Source of the DNA: Deltaproteobacteria bacterium
Lineage (GTDB): Bacteria; Myxococcota_A; UBA9160; SZUA-336
Assembly: GCA_019311115.1 (NCBI GenBank)
Contig: JAFDDB010000003.1
Coordinates: 11,852 to 75,851, forward strand
Length of the DNA stretch: 64,000 nucleotides
Reading direction: 5' to 3'
Both the position numbers and the translations under genes were made by a program. Positions within the stretch are counted from its first letter, which is position 1, and each line of letters starts with the position of its first letter. The notes beneath the pieces were generated by a model. It had not been told where the DNA came from and ran no database searches. It saw only the letters and a program-made list of their open reading frames with translations. Of the stretch, positions 11,180 through 22,938 are shown piece after piece.

Positions 11180-11956
11180 TTGGCGACCTGGACTGTGCGG
11201 CTGCGCGTGTTGCTGGGCCTCGCCTGCCTGTCGGCCCTGCCCGGCTGCGGCGCGGCCGGGCCGGGGGACGGGCTCGTCGTGGTGGCGGCGGCCTCGCTCG
11301 GCGACGCGTTCACGGCGATCGCGCGCGACTGGGAGCACGAGACCGACGCGCACCGCGTCCGGCTCAGCTTCGTGGGCTCGCAGGTGCTGGCGGCCCAGCT
11401 TCGCGCGGGGCTCCGCGCCGATGTGGTCGCCACCGCCAACCCCGAGATCATGACCGCGCTTCGCGACGACGGGCTGGTGGACGCGCCCGTCCGCTTCGCG
11501 ACCAACCGGCTGGTCTGGGTAGTCCACGCGCACGATCGCGAGGGGCTCGGCCCGACGCTCGACGCGCGCACCCTGGCCGCCGCCGACCGCGTGGTGCTGG
11601 CCGCTCCCGAGGTGCCGGCCGGGCGCTACTCGCGCCAGGCGTTGCGGGAGCTCGGGCTGCTCGAGGCGGCCGAGGCCCGGCTCGTCTCGCAGGAGCTGGA
11701 CGTCAAGGGCGTGGTCGCGAAGCTGCTGCTGGGCGGCGCCGACGCGGGCATGATCTACGCCACCGACGTACCCCCGGGGCGCGGCGACTCGCTTGCCGTG
11801 ATCGGCCTGGACGAGCGGGCGGACGTGCGCGCCGAGTACCTGGTGGCGACGGCGAGTGCCGCGCCGCATCCGGAAGCGGCGCGGCGTTTCGTGGACTTCG
11901 TCCGCGGCGAGCGCGCGGCCGCGACGCTCTCGACGCTCGGGTTCGGACCGCCGTGA
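11180..11956 (+). CDS. modA: Molybdate ABC transporter substrate-binding lipoprotein
   Basis: Lipobox LPGC, AAASL, VPAGRY, ELDVK, DAGMIYATD. Confidence 0.92.
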   Translation: MATWTVRLRVLLGLACLSALPGCGAAGPGDGLVVVAAASLGDAFTAIARDWEHETDAHRVRLSFVGSQVLAAQLRAGLRADVVATANPEIMTALRDDGLVDAPVRFATNRLVWVVHAHDREGLGPTLDARTLAAADRVVLAAPEVPAGRYSRQALRELGLLEAAEARLVSQELDVKGVVAKLLLGGADAGMIYATDVPPGRGDSLAVIGLDERADVRAEYLVATASAAPHPEAARRFVDFVRGERAAATLSTLGFGPP

Positions 11957-12756
11957 GCCCCGGACTCCGGGCGCGCGCGCGCGAGCACTCGGCCGCCATC
12001 CTGCTGTACGGGACGGCTTCGCTGAGCCTGCTGCTGCTGATGCTTCCCCTGGTCGGCCTGGCCTTCGAGTCCCCTTGGCGCGACACGGGCGAACTGCTCG
12101 CCGATCCGGCCGTGCGCGACGCCCTGCTGCTCTCGCTGGGGGTTTCACTGGCCGCAGTCGCCTTCTCGCTGCTGCTGGGGTTCCCGCTGGCGTGGCTGCT
12201 GGCTCGGTCGAACCTGCCGGGACGCGGCGTCGTGCGCACGCTGATCACGCTTCCCATGGTCATGCCGCCGGTGGTCGCCGGCGTGGGGCTGCTCGCGGCC
12301 TTCGGGCGCCACGGACTGCTCGGCGAAGCCCTCTCGGTGTTCGGCGTGACGCTGCCGTTCACGACGCTGGCCGCGGTGATCGCCGCGACGTTCGTGGCTT
12401 CGCCCTTCCTCATCACCACGCTCGAGGCGGGCATCGTGCAGTCGGACCGCCGCTTCGAGGACGTGGCCGCGACGCTCGGCGCGTCGCGCTGGCGCATCTT
12501 CCACAGCGTCGTGCTGCCGGCCATCCGTCCCTCGTTGCTCGCCGGAATCGCGCTGAGCTGGGCTCGGGCGCTCGGTGAGTTCGGCGCGACGATCACGTTC
12601 GCCGGCAACCTGCAGGGACGCACGCAGACGGTCCCGCTCGCGATCTACCAGACGCTGCAGACGCGCCCCGAGCACGCGTTCCTGCTGGCAATCCTGCTGC
12701 TGGCGGTGTCGCTCTGCGTGCTGGCGCTGCTGCGGGCACAGAGGCCGGGCACGTGA
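11953..12756 (+). CDS. modB: Molybdate ABC transporter permease
   Basis: LPMVMPPVVAG, WARALGEFGATITFAGN. Confidence 0.95.
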   Translation: MSPGLRARAREHSAAILLYGTASLSLLLLMLPLVGLAFESPWRDTGELLADPAVRDALLLSLGVSLAAVAFSLLLGFPLAWLLARSNLPGRGVVRTLITLPMVMPPVVAGVGLLAAFGRHGLLGEALSVFGVTLPFTTLAAVIAATFVASPFLITTLEAGIVQSDRRFEDVAATLGASRWRIFHSVVLPAIRPSLLAGIALSWARALGEFGATITFAGNLQGRTQTVPLAIYQTLQTRPEHAFLLAILLLAVSLCVLALLRAQRPGT

Positions 12757-13814
12757 CGCTGCGCGCGGACCTTCGCCTGCGCCGGGGAGAGTTCCGGCTC
12801 GACGCCTCGCTCGAGGTCGAGGCCGGACAGACCGTCGTCGTGCTCGGACCGAACGGCTCCGGCAAGTCGACGCTGGTCGAGGCGCTCGCCGGGCTGGTGC
12901 GCATCGACGACGGCGAGATCCTGCTCGACCACCGCGTCCTCGAGCGCCCGCGCGACGGGATCCACGTGGCTCCGCGCCACCGCCCGGTGGGCGTCATGTT
13001 CCAGGGGCTCTGGCTGTTCCCGGGCCTGTCCGTGCTGGACAACGTGGCGTACGGACGCTGGGCCCGCGGGGAGCCGCGCCGCGTGGCGCGGAGCGCCGTG
13101 CAGGGCCTGCTCGAGGCGCTCGGCGTAGGCGACCTGGCGGACCGCATGCCCGCGGAGCTTTCGGGCGGCGAGGCCCAGCGCGTGGCGCTGGCACGAGCCC
13201 TCGCGGTCGAGCCCCGGCTGCTGCTGCTCGACGAGCCGCTCTCCGCCATCGACGTCGAGAACCGCGCGCGCACCCGCCACGTCCTTCAGCAGGCGCTGCG
13301 CGAGTTCCCGGGCGTGCGGCTGCTGATCACGCACGACCCGCTCGAGGCGCAGCTCTTCGCCGACCACCTGGTGGTCCTCGAGAGCGGCCGCGTGGCCCAG
13401 GCCGGGCCGGCCGCGCAGGTCCGCAGCCGCCCGCGCACGCCCTTCGTCGCGCGGCTGGCGGGCACGAACCTGCTCCAGGGCCGTCTCGTGCGCGAGGGCG
13501 GCACGGCGCGGCTCGAGTGCGGGGAACTCGCCTTCGAGGTCGGGCGCATCGCCGACGGGACGGGCCGCGAGGCCTTTGCGACCGTGCGGCCGGGCGCGAT
13601 CACGCTCCACCGCGACAAGCCGGACGAGCGGGTCAATACCTGGCCGTCCCGGATCGACTCGATCGAGCTCGAGGGCGAGCACGTGCGCGTCCTGCTGGAA
13701 GAGCCGGCGGGCTTCCGGGCGGAGCTTCCGGCCGAGCGCGTCCACCTGCCCGATTTCTCGCCCGGAGCGCGCGTCTGGGCCAGCGTCCGACCCGACGCCA
13801 TCTCGGTCTACTAG
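12753..13814 (+). CDS. modC: Molybdate ABC transporter ATPase with TOBE domain
   Basis: GPNGSGKST, LSGGE, LLLLDEP; coupled to modB. Confidence 0.9.
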   Translation: MTLRADLRLRRGEFRLDASLEVEAGQTVVVLGPNGSGKSTLVEALAGLVRIDDGEILLDHRVLERPRDGIHVAPRHRPVGVMFQGLWLFPGLSVLDNVAYGRWARGEPRRVARSAVQGLLEALGVGDLADRMPAELSGGEAQRVALARALAVEPRLLLLDEPLSAIDVENRARTRHVLQQALREFPGVRLLITHDPLEAQLFADHLVVLESGRVAQAGPAAQVRSRPRTPFVARLAGTNLLQGRLVREGGTARLECGELAFEVGRIADGTGREAFATVRPGAITLHRDKPDERVNTWPSRIDSIELEGEHVRVLLEEPAGFRAELPAERVHLPDFSPGARVWASVRPDAISVY

Positions 13815-13823
13815 ACTGGGGCC

Positions 13824-15983
<2,160 letters not shown>

Positions 15984-16115
15984 GCGCACCGTGGTGAGGC
16001 CCCCGCGCCGGGGATTGACAAGCAGGCGCGGGTCCAATCCAATGACGCGCCATACTGTCCGCGCGCGCGAAACGCGACTCACGCGTTCGCAAACCTGAGG
16101 GAGGGGGAAAGGCGA

Positions 16116-16814
16116 ATGGAACTCTTGTCGACCGAGGGGGGGTTGTTCCTGCTGCGATGGCTGCACTTCCTGGCGGGAATCACCTGGATCGGAGTGCTCT
16201 ACTACTTCAACTTCATCCAGACGCCCTTCTTCGGGAGTGAGCTGGGGGGGACCGCGCGCAGCGCCATGATGCGCGGGCTGGTGCCGAACGCCCTGTGGTG
16301 GTTCCGCTGGGGGGCGATGTTCACGTTCCTCACCGGCTGGACCATCATCATCACGCACATGGTCGCGGGCACCGGGAGCATGGCGTACTACGCGTTGGTC
16401 CTGACGGGCGGCACGATGGGCACGTTGATGTGGTTCAACGTGTGGTTCGTCATCTGGCCGATCCAGCAGGGGCTGATTGCCAACGCCGAAGCGGCCGCAG
16501 CGGGCGGCCAGGCCGACGAGGCGGCCGCCGCCAAGGCCCCGATCGCGGCGCGCGCGTCGCGCACCAACACGCTCTTCTCACTGCCCATGCTGTTCTTCAT
16601 GGGCGCGGCCCGTCACCTGACGATCGTCGACAAGGCCGAGCCGAGCTACGGCCCCTACCTCGGCGCCATGCTCGTGATCGTGCTGCTGGTCGAGGCGAAC
16701 ATCTGGGCGGGCCCGCCCGCCACCCAGAAGCCGCTGGGGAGTGTCTCGGGCACGATCCACTTCGGGCTCGGCCTGACGGTCGTTCTCTTCCTCGTCGCGA
16801 CGATCATGCTCTAG
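16116..16814 (+). CDS. Membrane protein of the PuuD/Urate_ox_N family (no fused cytochrome)
   Basis: RWLHFLAGITWIG..YYFNF, LWWFRWGA, MWFNVWFVIWP.Q, SRTNT.FSLPM. Confidence 0.8.
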   Translation: MELLSTEGGLFLLRWLHFLAGITWIGVLYYFNFIQTPFFGSELGGTARSAMMRGLVPNALWWFRWGAMFTFLTGWTIIITHMVAGTGSMAYYALVLTGGTMGTLMWFNVWFVIWPIQQGLIANAEAAAAGGQADEAAAAKAPIAARASRTNTLFSLPMLFFMGAARHLTIVDKAEPSYGPYLGAMLVIVLLVEANIWAGPPATQKPLGSVSGTIHFGLGLTVVLFLVATIML

Positions 16815-17170
16815 CCGCCTCCTCCGGCGGCGGGCGGCTTGCCGCCCACCGCCGGACCGAGGTACGCCGCCAAGGCGTCGATCTCGGGCGCCAGGTACGG
16901 CAGGGGCTGCATCAGCGTCGTCTCTCGCGCGGGCGTGTATCCGGCCGGGTACCCCGCGCGCAGCACTCGCGCCTCGAGCAGGTCGCGAGAAGCCCCGAGC
17001 ACGCGGGGGCCCATCACGCCCTCGACCGACGGGTTCAGGTTGTGGCAGGCGGTGCAGTTGGCCAGGTAGACGCGCCGTCCGCGCTCTGCGGGGGTCTCGT
17101 CCGATGGAGCGCAGGCTCCCAGGACCAGTGCCGCCGCTGCAGCGACCACGCCCCAGACCCGACTCGACAT
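16811..17170 (-). CDS. Monoheme cytochrome c lipoprotein
   Basis: Lipobox LGAC, CTACH, distal Met in LMQP; ATG 17170 with GGAG RBS. Confidence 0.85.
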   Translation of the reverse strand: MSSRVWGVVAAAAALVLGACAPSDETPAERGRRVYLANCTACHNLNPSVEGVMGPRVLGASRDLLEARVLRAGYPAGYTPARETTLMQPLPYLAPEIDALAAYLGPAVGGKPPAAGGGG

Positions 17171-17277
17171 CTCCACTCTCCGGCTGCGCTGTTGGGAAAA
17201 ACCCGGCGACGGAGTATGTTGCCCGTCCGCCGCGCCCGCAATGCGGCGCTCGAACCTGCGCACGGGAGAGCAAGGCG

Positions 17278-17682
17278 ATGAACGCGCTAGAGGAGGGAAC
17301 CGGGCTGCAGCTCGATTTTTCCAAGCTGCAGAAGGTCGGCGGGACCGGGCAGGCGGTCGTTCCGGTGGTCCTCCAGCACGCCGACGACGGGGACGTGCTC
17401 TACGTGGCCTACGCCAACGAAGAGGCGCTCCGCGAGACGCTCCGCACGCGCAAGGCCGTGCTCTGGTCCACGTCGCGCAACGAACTCTGGCGCAAGGGCG
17501 AGTCCTCGGGCGACGTGCTCGACCTGGTCGACGTGCGCACGAACTGCGAGCAGAACTCGCTGCTCTACCGCGTGCGCCCGCGCGGCGGCGTCTGCCACAC
17601 CGCCGACGCCGAAGGCAAGACGCGCGCCACCTGCTACTACCGGCGCCTGTCGGACGACGGCGACTCCCTCTCCTTCGGCTAG
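17278..17682 (+). CDS. hisI: Phosphoribosyl-AMP cyclohydrolase
   Basis: WSTSRNELWRKGESSG, C.Q.SLL, GVCHT, TCYYR. Confidence 0.9.
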   Translation: MNALEEGTGLQLDFSKLQKVGGTGQAVVPVVLQHADDGDVLYVAYANEEALRETLRTRKAVLWSTSRNELWRKGESSGDVLDLVDVRTNCEQNSLLYRVRPRGGVCHTADAEGKTRATCYYRRLSDDGDSLSFG

Positions 17683-17683
17683 G

Positions 17684-20600
17684 CTAGGAGGAGCCGCGCT
17701 CGAGCAGCGCGATCAGCGACGGGCGCAGCGCGCGGGGCTCGACCAGCTCCTGAAGCGAGCCGACGTCGCGTGCCCGCTCGACCGTGTGCACGGAGTCGAA
17801 CTCGGCAGCGACCTCGGCCTGGCGTTCGAGCAGCACCTCGCCGAGCACGCGGTCGAGCTCGGCACGGCGCGCGATGCGCGTGTCCGAGTCGCTGGCCTCG
17901 GCCACGCGGCCGCGGGCCTCGGTGACGCGCGGGTCGGAGTTCGCACGCCGCCGCACCTCGCGGGGAAAGACGACGGCCGCGGCGGCGGCGCCGCCGATCA
18001 CCGATGCGTACGAGCCGGTCAGCGCGGACGCGTGCATCTCGGGATTGAGCTCGCTGGAGAAGACCACGTAGGCGCCGCCGTGGTAGCGCGAGACGACGGT
18101 GAAGAGCAGCGGCCCCTCGAAGCGCACGACGGCGCGTGCGATCTCGGCACCGAGCTCGAGCACGCCGCGCCGCATCGACTCGGGTGAGCCGTCGAAGCCC
18201 GACAGGTTGGCCAGGATGACGACCGGGCGGACGCCGCTCGAAGCGTTGAGCGCCCGGGCCACCTTCTTCGACGAGAGCGGGAAGAGCGTGCCCGCCGTCC
18301 AAGCGTCCGGACCGTCGCTCGGTACGTGCCCGTTGCGCGGCACCGGCCGGCTCTCGACGGCGATCAGTGTGATGGGCCAGCCGCCCAGGTGCGTGTCCCA
18401 GACGATGGCGGTCTCGGCCCCGACCCAGTCACGCCAGCGCTCGAGGAAGCCCGCATCCTGGTCGATCAGCGCGCGCATGATCGGGCGCATGGCAAACGGT
18501 CGCTTGCGGCCGGGGTTGGTCTCGTCGGAGAACACCTCGCCGACGGTGCGGAAGTCCTCTTCGCCCTCGTAGCTCTCGGTGGTCAGGTCGCGGTCGCGCT
18601 CGTCCGAGGTCTCGAATCGGCGCGGTGCGTCCTCGCCCGGCGCCCGGTAGGTCGCGGCGTAGTGCTGCAGCAGGATCCGGTAGGCGTCGCCGATGTTCCT
18701 CGCCTGGAACTGCGCCTGTCCGCTCGGCGCCATGATGCGCTCGTATCCGCCGATTCCCATGTCGTCCTCGGCCGAGACTCCGCCCGAGATCTCGAGCGCC
18801 GCGCGTCCCGTGAGCACCATCGAGGAGCTGTTCGAAAGCATGATCAGCACGCCGCGCGACTGCAGGCCCATCGTCGCCAGCGCGTCGAAGTAGCTCTGCG
18901 CGCCGACGTTGACGCCGGCGACGATCACGTTGATCTCACCACCCTCGTCGGTGAAGGTGACGATGCGGCGCACGACGCGCGCGGTGGCATCGAGGTTCTC
19001 GGTGCCGCTGTCCATCGCGATGCGCGCGCCCGACGACACCGCCACCCATTCGACTGGAAGCTCCTCGCGCTCGGCCAGGTCGATGGCCGAGACGATGCGC
19101 GCGCACTCGGGCTCGGCGAGCGCGCCCATCCCGAAGCTGGGATCGCCCAGGATCAGCACGCGGCGCATGCCCTCGGGGAACTTCGCCGTCGGCGTGGTGA
19201 TGATCCCGAACACGATGGCGCAGGTGTTCCGTCCCGCGGGCCGGTCGACCGCGACCGCGCGTCCGTCCTGCAGGTCATGCTCTTCGAAGGTCCCCGCCGC
19301 CAGCCGGATCGACGGCCGGGGCTCCACCTCGGACGGCTCCGCCGTGAAGATGCGCACGATCTCGTACGGATAGATGAGTCCACGCGCGCGCGCGGCGGCC
19401 GTGCGTCGCTCGTAGACGGTGGCGGGCGCGAGTGGTTCCCGGTGCGGAACGCGCGCAGCGGACTCGACGCGTCCGCCCGAGGGGTTGCCCGTCATGATCT
19501 CGATCAGGCGCGGCTCGGCGTCGAGGCGTTCCGCGGGAACGGTCGCCGCGCGCACGACGACGCGCTCCAGGCCCAGGTGGCCGGTCTCGGGAGCCAGCCG
19601 CCGGATGGTGTCGGACACGAGTTCGCCCGTGAGCACGATCGGCGGCCTCAGGGTCACGTAGAGGCGGTTCCAATGCAGCCGGTGCGTCGGGTCGCGGCTC
19701 CCCTGCAGCGAGCGCAGCGCCTCGATCGCCTCGTGGAAGCGCTCGTCGAAGATCGAGCGGTCGGGGTTGCCGGGGATGTCCGGGCCCAGGTCGTCGATCT
19801 CGGCGAAGCAGAAGAGCCGCTCGTCGCCGCTCTGGTCCCGCGCCCGCCCGTGGAAGGCGAAGACACCCTCGAAGGTCTCGACGCGCTCCAGGTCGAACTG
19901 CTCGAGCCGCCAGAGCTCGATGCGGCGGGCTTCCTCGGGCGTCACGCCCATGCGCGCGGCGATCTCCTCCAGGTCCGTCCCGTCGGGCGGCGGCACGACG
20001 GTGAGAGCCAGGTCGACCTCGGGCCGCTCGGCCGCACGACTGACTTCGGCCCGGCGCGGGCGCTCGAAGAGCACGAACCGCGCATGCGCGGCCAGGTCCG
20101 CGACCCCGGGAGGAACCGTACCCCGCAACAGGGCCAGCCGTTCGAGGGCGTCGGCGAGCTCGGCATAGCGCTCGAACACCTCGCTCTCGGTGCCGAGCCT
20201 CAGGAGCAGCTGGAGCAGCGCCATCACCAGGCGGTGGCGCAGGTCGAGGGTGGTGCGGGTGGCCGACAGGCGCAGGACCGCGCGCTCGAGCGCCGCCGTG
20301 GGCTCGAGCGAGGTGATCTCGTAGAGCGCGAGCACGCGCCGCAGCTGGTCCAGGAACTCGCTGTCGATGCCCGCACCCTCGGCGCCGATCCGGCGCAGGT
20401 ACATCGCCATGCGCACGTCGTTGGAGGGACCGAACTCCTCTTCGCCGTCGATGCGGCTCGGCGTGCGGCTGAAGAGAGCCTCGATGTCCGCAACGATCTC
20501 GACCGCGGTCGCGATCTGCGCCAGCTCGGAGACCAGCTCGGGCGCGACGTCCGCCACCCGGGCCTCGAAGAGCGCGACGAGCCGGTCCGCACGCTCGGGG

Positions 20601-22795
20601 TTCACGTCGTAGCCCATCAGGATGCGGCGCGTCTCGGAGCGCAACGTGCCGATCGCGGCCGCGCGCCCCACGGTCGAGCTGCCGGCCGCACGGCGCAGGT
20701 CGGGCAGGCCCGTCTTCTCGTCGAAGAAGACGTCGAGGGGATCCTCGCGTGCGGGTAGCTCGAGCGGCTCGACAGCCGCGGTCTCGTCGCGCCCGCCCTC
20801 AACGCTCGGCTCGATCACGACGATGACGTCGCCCGCCGACACGCGCTCGCCCCCGCGGACCAGTACCTCGCGCACCGTTCCCGAAACCGACGCGAAGAAC
20901 GCGGTCTCGGTCTTCATGGCCTCGAGCAGCCCCAGCCGGTCGCCGGCACGCACCGCGTCACCGGCCTTCACCCCGACCTCGATCACCAGCGCCGGCGCGG
21001 GCGCTCTCACCTTGCCGCCCACGTCGCGCTCGACGCGGTGGAAGCGGCCGTCGATCTCGAGGCGGATCTCCACGTCGGACTCGCTGAACAGGACCGCGTG
21101 GCGCTGGTCGTCGATGATCAGCTGACGCCGGTGCGGCCCCAGTTCGAGCACGCGCACCTGCGCGACGCGCGAGCCCAGGTGGACCCGGTACGACCAGCCA
21201 CCGACGGCGTAGACGACCAGCCGATAGGATGCTCCCGCGTAGACCAGGTCGATGGCACGGCCCGTCGACGGCGGGACGTTCTGGGGGCGCCCGCGGGCCG
21301 CCTCGGCAAAGAAGTTCATGCGCACGGCTTCGCGCTCTCGCTGATAGGTCAGCGTCGCCGCGACGACGAGTGCCTCCACCACCGGCTCGGGACGGCTCGC
21401 GATGCCCGCCTCCTCGAGCCAGGCGGTGTGGCACCTGCCGGCCCGGAAGTCCGGATGATCCAGTATGTCGAGCAGGAAGCCCTTGTTCACCGTTCCGCGC
21501 TCGATGACGACGTCCATGTCCGACACGGCGCGCACCAGGCGCGAGCGGGCCTCGTCGCGCGTCGCGCCGTAGGCGATGACCTTGGCGACCATCGAGTCGA
21601 ACTCCGACGGAATCTCGCCGCCGGGGGCGACGCCGGAGTCGACGCGGATGCCGGGCCCCGCCGGAAGCTCGAGCAGCGCGATGCGGCCCGGGCTCGGGGC
21701 AAAGTTCTCCGCCGGGTCCTCGGCGCACACGCGCACCTCGATCGCGTGGCCGCGCTGCTCGGGAACCTCGTCCGGCAGGCGCCCCCCGCGTGCGATGTGG
21801 ATCTGCGCCTTGACCAGGTCGAAGTCGGTCAGCAGCTCGGTGACCCCGTGCTCCACCTGCAGGCGCGGGTTGACCTCGAGAAAGAAGAAGCGCCCGTCGT
21901 CGGTCAGCAGGTACTCACAGGTGGCCACGCCCACGTAGCCCGCCTTGCGGATCATGCGGACCGACGCCTCCCGGATCTCGTCCGCCAGCCCGGCCGACAT
22001 GCCCGGAGGCGGCCCTTCCTCGACGACCTTCTGGTGCTTGCGCTGCACCGAGCAGTCGCGCAGTCCCAGTGCGAGCACACCGCCGTGCGCGTCCGCTGCG
22101 ATCTGGACCTCGATGTGGCGCGCGGCCGTGATGCAGGCTTCGAGGAAGAGCGTGCCGTCGCCGAATGCGTTCGCGGCCTCTTGCGTCGCGGACTCGAACG
22201 CGGCCTCGAGCTGGTCGACGCTATCGATGCGGCGGATGCCGCGCCCGCCGCCGCCGGCCGTCGCCTTGAGCATGAGCGGAAGACCGATCGTGTCGGCATG
22301 CGAGCGCAGGTCGTCGAGCGCGACCGGACCGCCACTCCACGCGGTGACGGGCACCCCCGCCGACTCGGCGATCCGCTTCGACTCGATCTTGTCGCCGAGC
22401 ATGCGCATCGTGTCGGCGGCGGGGCCGAGAAAGACCAGACCCGCGGCTTCGAGCTTCTCGACGAAGGAAGGATCCTCGGCCAGGAAGCCCCAGCCCGGCC
22501 ACACTGCGTCGGCGCGCGTCGCTCGCAGTGCGGCCAGCACGCGCTCGTGGTCCAGGTACGCGGGACGGAGCGGTCCACCCGCGGGTCCGCGCAGGGCGGC
22601 ACCGAGCGAGATCACCTCGTCGGCCTCGCGCACGAAGGGCGCGAAGCGGTCGGGATCGGTGTAGAGGGCGATCCCGACCAGGTCGGAGCCCTCTTCCGCG
22701 CGAAGCTCGCGGATCGCTCGCAGGCAACGAGTGGCGGCCTCGCCACGGTTCACCACGGCGATGCGGCGCAGGCGCTCGCTCAAGTCTCCCTCCAC
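17684..22795 (-). CDS. Single-chain biotin-dependent acyl-CoA carboxylase (BC-BCCP-central-CT)
   Basis: NRGE, PGWGFLAE, GGGGRG, EVNPRLQVEH (BC); EAMK biotinylation site; SSGARI, ANLSGFDGS, YHGGAYVV (CT). True start may be the TTG four codons downstream. Confidence 0.92.
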   Translation of the reverse strand: MEGDLSERLRRIAVVNRGEAATRCLRAIRELRAEEGSDLVGIALYTDPDRFAPFVREADEVISLGAALRGPAGGPLRPAYLDHERVLAALRATRADAVWPGWGFLAEDPSFVEKLEAAGLVFLGPAADTMRMLGDKIESKRIAESAGVPVTAWSGGPVALDDLRSHADTIGLPLMLKATAGGGGRGIRRIDSVDQLEAAFESATQEAANAFGDGTLFLEACITAARHIEVQIAADAHGGVLALGLRDCSVQRKHQKVVEEGPPPGMSAGLADEIREASVRMIRKAGYVGVATCEYLLTDDGRFFFLEVNPRLQVEHGVTELLTDFDLVKAQIHIARGGRLPDEVPEQRGHAIEVRVCAEDPAENFAPSPGRIALLELPAGPGIRVDSGVAPGGEIPSEFDSMVAKVIAYGATRDEARSRLVRAVSDMDVVIERGTVNKGFLLDILDHPDFRAGRCHTAWLEEAGIASRPEPVVEALVVAATLTYQREREAVRMNFFAEAARGRPQNVPPSTGRAIDLVYAGASYRLVVYAVGGWSYRVHLGSRVAQVRVLELGPHRRQLIIDDQRHAVLFSESDVEIRLEIDGRFHRVERDVGGKVRAPAPALVIEVGVKAGDAVRAGDRLGLLEAMKTETAFFASVSGTVREVLVRGGERVSAGDVIVVIEPSVEGGRDETAAVEPLELPAREDPLDVFFDEKTGLPDLRRAAGSSTVGRAAAIGTLRSETRRILMGYDVNPERADRLVALFEARVADVAPELVSELAQIATAVEIVADIEALFSRTPSRIDGEEEFGPSNDVRMAMYLRRIGAEGAGIDSEFLDQLRRVLALYEITSLEPTAALERAVLRLSATRTTLDLRHRLVMALLQLLLRLGTESEVFERYAELADALERLALLRGTVPPGVADLAAHARFVLFERPRRAEVSRAAERPEVDLALTVVPPPDGTDLEEIAARMGVTPEEARRIELWRLEQFDLERVETFEGVFAFHGRARDQSGDERLFCFAEIDDLGPDIPGNPDRSIFDERFHEAIEALRSLQGSRDPTHRLHWNRLYVTLRPPIVLTGELVSDTIRRLAPETGHLGLERVVVRAATVPAERLDAEPRLIEIMTGNPSGGRVESAARVPHREPLAPATVYERRTAAARARGLIYPYEIVRIFTAEPSEVEPRPSIRLAAGTFEEHDLQDGRAVAVDRPAGRNTCAIVFGIITTPTAKFPEGMRRVLILGDPSFGMGALAEPECARIVSAIDLAEREELPVEWVAVSSGARIAMDSGTENLDATARVVRRIVTFTDEGGEINVIVAGVNVGAQSYFDALATMGLQSRGVLIMLSNSSSMVLTGRAALEISGGVSAEDDMGIGGYERIMAPSGQAQFQARNIGDAYRILLQHYAATYRAPGEDAPRRFETSDERDRDLTTESYEGEEDFRTVGEVFSDETNPGRKRPFAMRPIMRALIDQDAGFLERWRDWVGAETAIVWDTHLGGWPITLIAVESRPVPRNGHVPSDGPDAWTAGTLFPLSSKKVARALNASSGVRPVVILANLSGFDGSPESMRRGVLELGAEIARAVVRFEGPLLFTVVSRYHGGAYVVFSSELNPEMHASALTGSYASVIGGAAAAAVVFPREVRRRANSDPRVTEARGRVAEASDSDTRIARRAELDRVLGEVLLERQAEVAAEFDSVHTVERARDVGSLQELVEPRALRPSLIALLERGSS

Positions 22796-22938
22796 ATGTC
22801 GATGAAGCGCTCCCCCGGTACGTGAAGACGACTAGGGTCTCCGAAACGGACGGCGGAGGCAATTCGCCCCGCGGGACCCCTCGCCCATCATCTGCGACGG
22901 GGCCCGGAGCCGAACGGCCGACGAAGACGCTGGGCCGG

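Noticed and set aside
16015-16043. Perfect TTGACA as a sigma70 promoter for the PuuD-like gene
   Set aside because: The hexamer at 17-bp spacing is TCCAAT, which lacks the conserved A; plausible but not supportable.
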